From positions 89,003-153,002 of IMG/VR virus record IMGVR_UViG_3300017917_003053: a stretch of 64,000 nt of DNA. One strand, written 5' to 3'. How positions within the stretch are numbered: the stretch's first letter is position 1; each line of letters begins with the position of its first letter. This DNA is from a virus. Made by a program: the position numbers and the translations under genes. The notes under the pieces are model-generated. The model made no database searches. It was not told the DNA's origin and was given only the letters and a program-made list of their open reading frames with translations. Shown one piece after another: positions 53,320 to 60,583 of this stretch.

Positions 53320-54131
53320 GATTCGTCCTTTAGTACGCTTTCTGGTGTGAAAAATGGTCGGTCTACTGAATTGTCTGCATAATTGTGATATTCTTCTAAT
53401 TTATTTTTATATTTTTCTGTTGCCAATTTAAGTATTTCCATCTCTCGTCCTTCTCGTTCTCTGATATCTTCATCCTCTAACATGCGTATTAATCCTACCC
53501 AACTACTCTTACCATCCTCAATTCTTTTGATACGTTGTTCACGAGTGGCCTTAAGATCCTTACTAATCTTTTGTTGTTCATTTAATAGTTTAGTATACTC
53601 ATTAGTATAGTTAGCAATACTATTTCTAGCAAAACTTAATTGAGTTTCCATATTGACCAGTTTCGCCGTGTCTCTTTGATCTTCTGGCTTGTCGTATTCT
53701 TTATCAACATCCTTTTGTAATTTTTCCGTCATCATAATGTGACGCTTTCGTTCCTTCATGCTTCGATTAATCAAAATATCAATAGTGATAAATTGTTTGA
53801 TCTGAAGTTCTTCAGCAGGAAGAACATCTTCTCTGAACTGTTTAATTAAGCCTATCCACGTATTTTCAAAGTATTCTAGCTCGCCTGTTTCAGCATCAAA
53901 CTGACGGGCGATTTCTGGCCAAAATGTTTTACTATGTAATTTATATCGTAGTGTTTCGTTGTCTTTTTTCTCGTCGTTGCTCAGGTATAAATTATTTTCT
54001 TCAATGTACCTTTTGATGGGAGCTTCACTACGATTTAATGATTCTGCTATTTGTTCTATAGTTAGACTTTGAACATTATCTCTTATGTATTGTTCTTCAT
54101 CTAAACTTAGTTGTCCTCTTTTTTTAGGCAT
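53316..54131 (-). CDS. HTH plus coiled-coil protein, candidate terminase small subunit (271 aa)
   Basis: N-terminal 'LTIEQIAESLNRSEAPIKRYI' HTH; helical oligomerisation-like region; upstream of TerL. Confidence 0.45.
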   Translation of the reverse strand: MPKKRGQLSLDEEQYIRDNVQSLTIEQIAESLNRSEAPIKRYIEENNLYLSNDEKKDNETLRYKLHSKTFWPEIARQFDAETGELEYFENTWIGLIKQFREDVLPAEELQIKQFITIDILINRSMKERKRHIMMTEKLQKDVDKEYDKPEDQRDTAKLVNMETQLSFARNSIANYTNEYTKLLNEQQKISKDLKATREQRIKRIEDGKSSWVGLIRMLEDEDIREREGREMEILKLATEKYKNKLEEYHNYADNSVDRPFFTPESVLKDES

Positions 54132-54775
54132 GAATAATCTTTCATAAGAATGGATATGTGATTTTTTAGTTTGTCTAAGAGTGGCTTGTTAACTTTTACT
54201 CCATGCTTCAATTTTAAATAGATTTCTCTATATTCTGAAATAACAATATTATCATCTAAAAAGTTGATGATCTCTTGGTTTTGCAGAAGTGAGGCTGTGT
54301 CATATTTGTCTGGGATAGGAGTATCATTATTTTCATCATCATGATGAATGCTCTGGGGTTTCATAATGTTTTTTTTATTTTCATTACGATTGCTCCAATT
54401 GGCATATAGTTCACAATCATTTTTATTAGAATATTGTAAACACTGACTTTTACTGGAGGTGCAATGTTTATCATAAAGGGGACAACTCAAGCATGGTTTG
54501 TCGGGCCTTTGATAATTATTACGTTTATAATTAAATAATCTATTTCTAACGTGGGTCCAGAGAAAGTTTTCTAATGGGCGCTTTTGATCATATTTTTGCA
54601 AGCCTTCTATAGCAAATATAGCTGCTTGTTGTTTCATATCATCAAAATCGTGATAACCAAATTTAAATTTGTACGCTAATCTTTTACTGATATTATCTAG
54701 TACTTTTAAAAAATCTTCTTCTGTTACGCCATATTGTTCATATATATTATTCTTGTTTATTTTTTTCTTCGTCAT
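54107..54775 (-). CDS. Phage sigma70-family sigma factor-like protein with Cys-rich insertion (222 aa)
   Basis: Region-2-like 'DDMKQQAAIFAIEGLQKYDQKRPLENFLWTHVRNRLFNYKR'; 'CLSC..C..C..C' insert. Confidence 0.7.
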   Translation of the reverse strand: MTKKKINKNNIYEQYGVTEEDFLKVLDNISKRLAYKFKFGYHDFDDMKQQAAIFAIEGLQKYDQKRPLENFLWTHVRNRLFNYKRNNYQRPDKPCLSCPLYDKHCTSSKSQCLQYSNKNDCELYANWSNRNENKKNIMKPQSIHHDDENNDTPIPDKYDTASLLQNQEIINFLDDNIVISEYREIYLKLKHGVKVNKPLLDKLKNHISILMKDYSCLKKEDN

Positions 54776-54902
54776 CTAATAATTCCGCTATAGACTTGCC
54801 TTCTGGCAACTCTAAGTCTTTTTGAATTTGGTCATTTAAACTAGCTTCAGCCTTGGTTTCTAGTACAGAATCAACAAATTGTGGGTTTTGATCATTTATC
54901 AT
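54747..54902 (-). CDS. Small acidic hypothetical protein (51 aa)
   Basis: Manual translation MINDQNPQFVDSVLETKAEA...; overlaps the start of the sigma gene. Confidence 0.4.
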   Translation of the reverse strand: MINDQNPQFVDSVLETKAEASLNDQIQKDLELPEGKSIAELLDDEEKNKQE

Positions 54903-54981
54903 GATGAGCCTCTTGCTATTTTGGTCAACACTACTATAATAAACAGTTACACATTTTGTGCAATTTATGGAGATTATAAAA

Positions 54982-55194
54982 ATGGCGAATTACAAGAAAT
55001 GGCTCGATAACGAACTAGATTTTATCAGGAACAATCAAGATTCTATGAATGATGAGGTTTTGGCCACTAAATTAAGTGAAATGACTGGCCAAACTATTAC
55101 GCGAAGCATGATTCGTCGCCAAAGACGAAAGTTGGATATTAAAAAGAAACGAGGCCGTCCACGCAAAGAGAAAGTGAGTGAACTTCATGGTTAA
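54982..55194 (+). CDS. Small basic DNA-binding protein (HTH/Myb-like with AT-hook-like KRGRPRK)
   Basis: 'WLDNELDFIR...LATKL..TRSMIRRQRRKL..KKRGRPRK'; RBS GGAG; promoter TTGCTA-16-TATAAT at 54913-54940. Confidence 0.7.
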   Translation: MANYKKWLDNELDFIRNNQDSMNDEVLATKLSEMTGQTITRSMIRRQRRKLDIKKKRGRPRKEKVSELHG

Positions 55195-55402
55195 AGTATT
55201 ATACGCGGTTATTTTTATGTTAGCATATTGTTCGTCAGAATGTTTTGCTAACTGTTGCTGGGTTCAACAACAACCTCAAATTGTGGTGCAGGAAGTTAGG
55301 CCAGTTGTATATTATCAGCCGGTTCCTGTAACATATTATTACTATGTGCCGGTCATGCTGCCAGCACCAGTTTACAATCCTTGGGTGCGATACTGCTACT
55401 AA
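55187..55402 (+). CDS. Small secreted/membrane protein, Tyr/Val/Pro-rich
   Basis: Signal-peptide-like N-terminus then 'VVYYQPVPVTYYYYVPV'. Confidence 0.55.
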   Translation: MVKVLYAVIFMLAYCSSECFANCCWVQQQPQIVVQEVRPVVYYQPVPVTYYYYVPVMLPAPVYNPWVRYCY

Positions 55403-55430
55403 ATAGCAAACTTCGACTCATGGATATAAA

Positions 55431-55462
55431 AGGGGCGTGTGGAAACACTCGCCTCTTTTTTT
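55431..55462 (+). terminator. Rho-independent terminator
   Basis: AGGGGCG-TGT-GGAA-ACA-CT-CGCCTCT followed by a T-run. Confidence 0.75.
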
Positions 55463-55580
55463 ATAAACTCACAGAAAGAAACTGGCCAATTCTATATGAG
55501 GGTGCTTATTTTTTTTGGACCACCGGGCGTTTTCTGAAAAATCGTACGTTTTCCATACAAAAACAAAAAAACCCCCCTTT

Positions 55581-55783
55581 CGCTCCGCCGTTTTTGATGT
55601 AACTCCTTTCGTACCATAGACTTACGACTAATATGGTGATCGATACGATCTTCTGTTTAAGAGCAAATGCTATACCACAAAGAAAAAATATTTTTGGCAC
55701 AATATTTGCTGTACATAACCTTACGATATTGTAAGGAAAGATTTTTGTTGACTTCTAAAGTTGGCATGGTATAATGTCGATAT
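55581..55783 (+). promoter_or_regulatory. Composite early promoter cassette 1 (GC box, paired IHF-like site, divergent sigma54 boxes, 18-bp palindrome, sigma70 + sigma28)
   Basis: TAACTCCTT-N7-ATAGACTTA 55600; sigma54 boxes at 55662(-) and 55695(+); CCTTACGATATTGTAAGG 55719; TTGACT-16-TATAAT 55748; TAAA-16-GTCGATAT. Confidence 0.75.
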
Positions 55784-55801
55784 AAAGGAAAAGGAAAGAA
55801 A

Positions 55802-55930
55802 ATGACAACGCTAATCGTGATCGGAAACAAGTACAAGGTTTATGCGGAAATGGGAAACGGCAAGCGTAGGCTGCTGGGAACGTTCAAGAGTAGCGATGAG
55901 GCTATTCGTTTTATGAACAACGTACGATAA
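55802..55930 (+). CDS. Small early protein (42 aa, MTTLIVIGNKYKVYAE...)
   Basis: Manual translation; own promoter and purine-rich RBS. Confidence 0.6.
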   Translation: MTTLIVIGNKYKVYAEMGNGKRRLLGTFKSSDEAIRFMNNVR

Positions 55931-55950
55931 AAATCGTAAGTTTTTCCCCA

Positions 55951-55986
55951 TTGACGATTCAAGAATCCTTGGTATAATGTCGATAT
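55951..55986 (+). promoter_or_regulatory. Overlapping sigma70/sigma28-like promoter
   Basis: TTGACG-16-TATAAT with TCAA-16-GTCGATAT. Confidence 0.7.
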
Positions 55987-56013
55987 AAGAAATAAGAGAG
56001 AAAGAAAGAGAGA

Positions 56014-56172
56014 ATGAACATGAGAAAGTATTTTGGTTCGGATGATGGTTATGATCGGTATCGTGATAACCGTGATGGATACGTTGACGCTCAAGCCAAA
56101 CTTGACGAACAGTATCGCGAACACCTTCGCTTCGTTGAAGAAATGAAGAAGAAGGAAGCCAAGAAGGCTTGA
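56014..56172 (+). CDS. Small early protein (52 aa, MNMRKYFGSDDGYDRY...)
   Basis: Manual translation; own promoter. Confidence 0.6.
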   Translation: MNMRKYFGSDDGYDRYRDNRDGYVDAQAKLDEQYREHLRFVEEMKKKEAKKA

Positions 56173-56218
56173 CAACTAAAAAATAAGCGATATAATCGAG
56201 GAAAGAAAAGGAAAACAA

Positions 56219-56368
56219 ATGACCATTCAAATCCAAAACACTGTTCGCCGGTTGGTTGCTCGTCATGGATATTCGGCCACGTTTGTGCAGAATATGGGAG
56301 AGGGTATCTATCTGTACAGTATCGGTGGAATCATGTATCGTATTCGTGGTGATGGTACGATTCTCTAA
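56219..56368 (+). CDS. Small early protein (49 aa, MTIQIQNTVRRLVARHG...)
   Basis: Manual translation; promoter TTGACA-16-TATAAT at 56169; RBS AAGGA. Confidence 0.6.
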   Translation: MTIQIQNTVRRLVARHGYSATFVQNMGEGIYLYSIGGIMYRIRGDGTIL

Positions 56369-56421
56369 GCCTTGACAAATAAAAAGATATTGGTATAATG
56401 GAAACAACCCCAAAGGAAAAG

Positions 56422-56613
56422 ATGATGAATAGCCTTGACAAGATTCTGGCCTCTATGCGTTCTGGTAAGTATGGTAGCGTGATCGACCCGAAGGGTAATG
56501 CTCACGTGGGCATCATTAACGCTATCATGCGTGAGGATGGTAGTGGTAAGAACTGGCTCGTTACACTGAGCAATCGTACAGTAAGTGAACAGGTGTTCAT
56601 TCACGCCACCTAA
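56422..56613 (+). CDS. Small early protein (63 aa)
   Basis: Promoter TTGACA-16-TATAAT at 56372; RBS AAGGA. Confidence 0.65.
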   Translation: MMNSLDKILASMRSGKYGSVIDPKGNAHVGIINAIMREDGSGKNWLVTLSNRTVSEQVFIHAT

Positions 56614-56643
56614 TGGGGGTTATCCCCCATACCGAGGGGATTC

Positions 56644-56825
56644 GGGCCGCCGGTTTTGACGTAACTCCTTACGCCATAACGACTTAGGGCTAATCTGAAC
56701 ATCGTATCGATCAGGTGTTTAGTAGAATAAAATATATTGGCATGGTATTTGCTGTAGAGAAACCTTACGACATTGTAAGGAAAGTTTTTTTGACTTCTAA
56801 AGAATCTATGGTATAATGTCGATAT
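56644..56825 (+). promoter_or_regulatory. Composite early promoter cassette 2
   Basis: GGGCCGCCGG; TAACTCCTT-N7-AACGACTTA 56662; TGGCATGGTATTTGCT 56738; CCTTACGACATTGTAAGG 56763; TTGACT-16-TATAAT 56790; TAAA-16-GTCGATAT. Confidence 0.75.
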
Positions 56826-56849
56826 AAGAGAAAGAAAGAGAGAAAGAGA

Positions 56850-57023
56850 ATGAATCCTAAGACTATCAATGATGCTCGTGCTGTTGTGTGGACTTCCTCA
56901 GTAGAGATTGCCAATACCTACTGCCTGTATATCGACGGTGTACTGGTACTGAACAGCCTTCCACTAGATGAGTTCTACCCCCTCTTGCGTAGGGCTATCG
57001 ATGGTGTGAAGAACATGGCATGA
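56850..57023 (+). CDS. Small early protein (57 aa, MNPKTINDARAVVW...)
   Basis: Manual translation downstream of cassette 2. Confidence 0.6.
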   Translation: MNPKTINDARAVVWTSSVEIANTYCLYIDGVLVLNSLPLDEFYPLLRRAIDGVKNMA

Positions 57024-57054
57024 ACATATGTTTACTCCCCCATTAGGGGGGATT

Positions 57055-57362
57055 CGGACCGCCGGTTTTGACGTAAACCCTTGTGACATAACAACTTAGG
57101 AACAGTATCACCTAATCCAGACCGCTAGCAAACCCCGTGCCACGGAATAGAAAATCGAAGTGCTGGAATATTGAGCAGTTAAGATAGGCGAGGTGTTGCA
57201 AAATGCTACACTACCATAGTTTTAGGCCGAGTTATGCGTAGCAAAATGCTACACCACTGTAGCAAAATGCAACGCTCAATATCTAAGCACAAAAAATGTC
57301 ATAGCGTTTTCCCCGAGGAAAACACCATTTCAGAATATTTCTTGATTGGCACGGCGATTGCT
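57055..57362. promoter_or_regulatory. sigma54 promoter block with three enhancer-like palindromes
   Basis: Paired IHF-like site 57074; TGGCACGGGGTTTGCT (-) 57127; TGTWGCA-AAA-TGCWAC-type sites at 57194, 57237, 57258; TGGCACGGCGATTGCT (+) 57347. Confidence 0.75.
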
Positions 57363-57395
57363 CTTATATAGGGTATAAGAAAGAGAGAGTTAGAT

Positions 57396-57521
57396 ATGAG
57401 ATGGTTGGTTTTTAATAGTCGGATGGATGTGATTGGTACGGTTTTTGCTGATAACTACACTGCTGCCTTTATCGAGGCTCGTCGTATGTTTCGGAATGTG
57501 GACTATATTCAGGAAATCTGA
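57396..57521 (+). CDS. Small early protein (41 aa, MRWLVFNSRMDVIGTV...)
   Basis: Manual translation; directly downstream of a sigma54 box. Confidence 0.55.
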   Translation: MRWLVFNSRMDVIGTVFADNYTAAFIEARRMFRNVDYIQEI

Positions 57522-57596
57522 AACTTCCCCCGAAATGGGGGTTGCGACGGCGGAAAAGTTTGGTATAATGCTAGAAAGAAAGAAAGAGAGTTAGTT

Positions 57597-57731
57597 ATGA
57601 ATGAGTTGGTTTTTTTCGTTTCCGATTGCTGTGGTTGTGAGAGTAACCCGGATTATGGTATCTGCTCTGCTTGTGGTGAGCATTGTGAAATCGTAACCGA
57701 AGTCTATAAAATCGAAAAAGAAATCGCTTGA
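57597..57731 (+). CDS. Small zinc-finger-like protein (44 aa; SDCCG...CSACGEHC)
   Basis: Manual translation; promoter TTGCGA-16-TATAAT at 57542. Confidence 0.6.
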   Translation: MNELVFFVSDCCGCESNPDYGICSACGEHCEIVTEVYKIEKEIA

Positions 57732-57792
57732 CCTTTCAAGTCTACCCTGTATAATGTCGATAAGTAAGAAAGAGAAAGAAAAGGAAAAGAAA

Positions 57793-57993
57793 ATGGAACT
57801 GACTGCTAACGAACTGCGTGATATTCACCTTGCCATCATCTATCGTGAGAATCGGATTCTGGATACCATCCTTCCGATCATGAAGAGTGAAGAAAAGGAA
57901 GCCTATGTTGAGGAAGCCTCTAGGCTCCACGCTCTGCGTGAGAAGGTTTGTCGGATGACTCTGGAAGCCGAACTGGGTTTCAGCCTCTCTTGA
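57793..57993 (+). CDS. Small helical early protein (66 aa, MELTANELRDIHL...)
   Basis: Promoter TTGACC-16-TATAAT 57728 plus GTCGATAA; RBS AAGGA. Confidence 0.65.
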   Translation: MELTANELRDIHLAIIYRENRILDTILPIMKSEEKEAYVEEASRLHALREKVCRMTLEAELGFSLS

Positions 57994-58050
57994 CAGCACA
58001 AAAAAAGTTTGCTAGAATCCATCATCATCAGTAACCCAAAGGAAAAGAAA

Positions 58051-58380
58051 ATGGCTACCAAGTTCAAGATTATCGAAGATGCCAAGCGTCAGGCTCGCAT
58101 GTGCTTTTTGGGAATCGCTATTCCCCACCAGCCTAGCCTTGCCGATGGAGTTTACGGGCCGATCCGTAGCGAGAAGGTTTTGAAGTTCAACCGTAAGGCT
58201 CTCCGTCGTGCTGGTAGCGTCAAGACCGAAAAGGCTGACCCCCGCTACAAGGGGGGTGATGATCTGATGATCGTAAAGGTTGGCAAGCCGGGTTCAGCAG
58301 AACGCAAGGCCGCACTGGCCGAACAATATGCTGCGATCCTCGCTTGTGGTGAGGAGATCTCCCCCTTTGCGGAGGGGTGA
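58051..58380 (+). CDS. Basic early protein (109 aa, MATKFKIIEDAKRQ...)
   Basis: Promoter TTGACA-17-TAGAAT 57990; RBS AAGGA. Confidence 0.7.
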   Translation: MATKFKIIEDAKRQARMCFLGIAIPHQPSLADGVYGPIRSEKVLKFNRKALRRAGSVKTEKADPRYKGGDDLMIVKVGKPGSAERKAALAEQYAAILACGEEISPFAEG

Positions 58381-58411
58381 TCTTTTGTACACTACACTTT
58401 AGTGGGGGTGG

Positions 58412-58601
58412 ATGTCAAAATGGCAGCCGGCGGGTCGAAATCGTTGTAAGTGCTTGTGAGATAACGACTTAGAACATAAATTCAAATGGCATCATATTTG
58501 CTTTTAGCATAGTCTGTGCCAAAACTTGGTCAAAATTTCTTGACATCAAAATCTAGATTTTTCTCTTGCAATCTCAAGTCTAGGCTGTATAATGTCGATA
58601 T
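58412..58601 (+). promoter_or_regulatory. Composite promoter cassette with convergent sigma54 pair
   Basis: TGTCA-AAA-TGGCA; paired IHF-like 58447-58471; sigma54 (+) 58487 and (-) 58506; TTGCAA-16-TATAAT 58566; TCAA-16-GTCGATAT. Confidence 0.7.
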
Positions 58602-58620
58602 AACCACTAAGGAGAAGAAA

Positions 58621-58938
58621 ATGACTCACGCCGAAGCGACTAAGATGGTTTTGGGAAAGCGTAACCGTAGCCAGCGTAAGGTTGGCAACAATACCTACGC
58701 CTACATTCAGGCTGATGGTAGCGTTGCTATCGAACTGCATGGTACTAACGTGGTGGTGATTTATCCCGACGATAGTGTGATGCTGAACAGTGGTGGATAT
58801 CGTACGCATACTACCAAAAAGCGTATCAACCAGTATTCACCCGTTAAGGTTTACCAGAAAAACTTTGAATGGTTCCTGTCGGATGGTACAGAGTTTGAGG
58901 ATCGTATGATCGTAACCCCCGATTGGGTGGTGGTGTGA
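58621..58938 (+). CDS. Early hypothetical protein (105 aa, MTHAEATKMVLG...)
   Basis: RBS AAGGAG; motif 'LHGTNVV...LNSGGYRTHTTKKRINQY'. Confidence 0.75.
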   Translation: MTHAEATKMVLGKRNRSQRKVGNNTYAYIQADGSVAIELHGTNVVVIYPDDSVMLNSGGYRTHTTKKRINQYSPVKVYQKNFEWFLSDGTEFEDRMIVTPDWVVV

Positions 58939-59196
58939 TGTATAAACTTACTATTTATGATCTGTTAAAATATTCTGTTAAAAAATGGAACTAAAGAAAG
59001 GGGCTAAGGATGGCCGATCTATATATGGACTGGACTAGTTTCGGTGTGGGATTTACTCTTGGTATTATTTGTGTTTGGTTTGTTTGTGATCTTGTTTTTC
59101 CAATAAGGAAGTGAATATGCGTACAGGTGATGCAATCGTTCTTTCTATTTCATTCGTGATCGGATGTATAGCGGCTTGGATTGTGAACAGTTGACG

Positions 59197-59369
59197 CAAA
59201 GCCTTGCTGCGTAAGGACTTACGATAGACTCGCCGGGCCGCGATTTTTTTGGCATGATATTTGCTACATAGCAAGCGGTGTGCCAAACGCATGTCCGAAG
59301 CCTTACGACATTGTAAGGAAAAAATATTTGTGGTGGTAGGCTTGACAAGCCGATAATCTACTGTAGAAT
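59197..59369 (+). promoter_or_regulatory. Composite promoter cassette with convergent sigma54 pair and 18-bp palindrome
   Basis: Paired IHF-like 59197-59221; sigma54 (+) 59250, (-) 59270; CCTTACGACATTGTAAGG 59301; TTGACA-16-TAGAAT 59342 with GCCGATAA in the spacer. Confidence 0.75.
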
Positions 59370-59394
59370 CAGTGCATCACCCGGAGAGAAAAAG

Positions 59395-59607
59395 ATGCTC
59401 AACTCTTTTGACGATGTTAACCGGATTCTGGACGAACTGGCAGCGGCGGAGATTCTTGAGCCGATGGTCGAGCCGATTGATGAGAGCGATTGTCACCCGA
59501 TGGATTGGGCCGAAGTTACGGGTCTGGCCGATGAGTTGGTCGATGAGATTTATCCAGAGCCGCAAACTATGCTTGACGCGGATGGATTTGTGTGGTATGT
59601 TACTTGA
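59395..59607 (+). CDS. Small very acidic protein (70 aa)
   Basis: D/E-rich, almost no basic residues; RBS GGAG. Confidence 0.7.
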   Translation: MLNSFDDVNRILDELAAAEILEPMVEPIDESDCHPMDWAEVTGLADELVDEIYPEPQTMLDADGFVWYVT

Positions 59608-59622
59608 AAAGGAGAAAGACAG

Positions 59623-59859
59623 ATGAGTCACCCTGACCCTTGCTACGATCCCGATAACTCTTATGAGGATGATAACATGGACTACCATGATGATACTGCC
59701 GATGCTATCTATGATGATTACAATGATTTCTATGATGATAGCATGGATGGTGACCACGATTCCGCAATGACTAGTTGCGGTTGGGGAACCGATGAGGATT
59801 ACGGACATTTTGGGGACGATATTGATTCCTTTCACGACTACTATGGAGATGATTGCTGA
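59623..59859 (+). CDS. Small Asp/Tyr-rich hyperacidic protein (78 aa)
   Basis: 'DSMDGDHDSAMTSCGWGTDEDYG'; no Lys or Arg; RBS AAGGAG. Confidence 0.7.
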   Translation: MSHPDPCYDPDNSYEDDNMDYHDDTADAIYDDYNDFYDDSMDGDHDSAMTSCGWGTDEDYGHFGDDIDSFHDYYGDDC

Positions 59860-60098
59860 TGAGACAGTCTAAGTGTGTTGTAACGGTTACGGATACTTTT
59901 GGTGGTGAGCCTAACTATGGTTGGGTTAAGCGTTATGAGTTTGCTCCTCGTAATGCAGAGTCTCAACGTAGTGTGATTCGTCAGGCTAAGGCTCTGGCAA
60001 ACATGACCGCAGTAAAGGCCGATACTTATGATTATGGTGATGGCTATACGGTGAAGCCGCGAGGCTACAACCAAGTCATTTTTGTGGATTTTGAGTAA
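59859..60098 (+). CDS. Early hypothetical protein (79 aa)
   Basis: TGATG coupling; motif 'TDTFGGEPNYGWV'. Confidence 0.7.
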   Translation: MRQSKCVVTVTDTFGGEPNYGWVKRYEFAPRNAESQRSVIRQAKALANMTAVKADTYDYGDGYTVKPRGYNQVIFVDFE

Positions 60099-60168
60099 AG
60101 TCAGGACTTGACAACGGTCGATAGTAAGGTATACTTCACGAAGGTTTCAACTACTAAGAAAGGTTTTT

Positions 60169-60576
60169 ATGAACGAAGTTTTTATGTATGGTTTTTTTGG
60201 TTTCGCTGTTCTCTCTGGCATTCTTGCTTTCTGCTTGTTCCATCTGTATTGTGGTCTTCGTGCTAGTCTTTCTTGTGCATCGGTTGGCGATATTTATAAC
60301 TTTGAATATCTTCAGCCAGTTACTGGTACTTATGAGCGATTCATGGCTAAGGTTATCGATGTTCATCAGTTCACCGATGACTATCTTGCTAGGCTGAATA
60401 GTAAGAGTCGTTATCGTAAACATGATAATAACTTCAAGCGTACTAAGCATCTTGTTACTGCTCAAATGCCGGATGGTACTATTCGTAACTTTTATGCTGA
60501 ACGTACTCGCAATGTGCGTCGTCCCCTCCTTGGTGGGGTAGCATTCAAGACCGGCTTGGCAAGCCTCCTCTTCTGA
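60169..60576 (+). CDS. Membrane-anchored hypothetical protein (135 aa)
   Basis: N-terminal hydrophobic helix; promoter TTGACA-16-TATACT 60108. Confidence 0.7.
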   Translation: MNEVFMYGFFGFAVLSGILAFCLFHLYCGLRASLSCASVGDIYNFEYLQPVTGTYERFMAKVIDVHQFTDDYLARLNSKSRYRKHDNNFKRTKHLVTAQMPDGTIRNFYAERTRNVRRPLLGGVAFKTGLASLLF

Positions 60577-60583
60577 GGGGGTT

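Noticed and set aside
3933-54775. Stop-codon reassignment
   Set aside because: Long genes are intact under the standard code, and TAA, TAG and TGA all end genes at sensible boundaries
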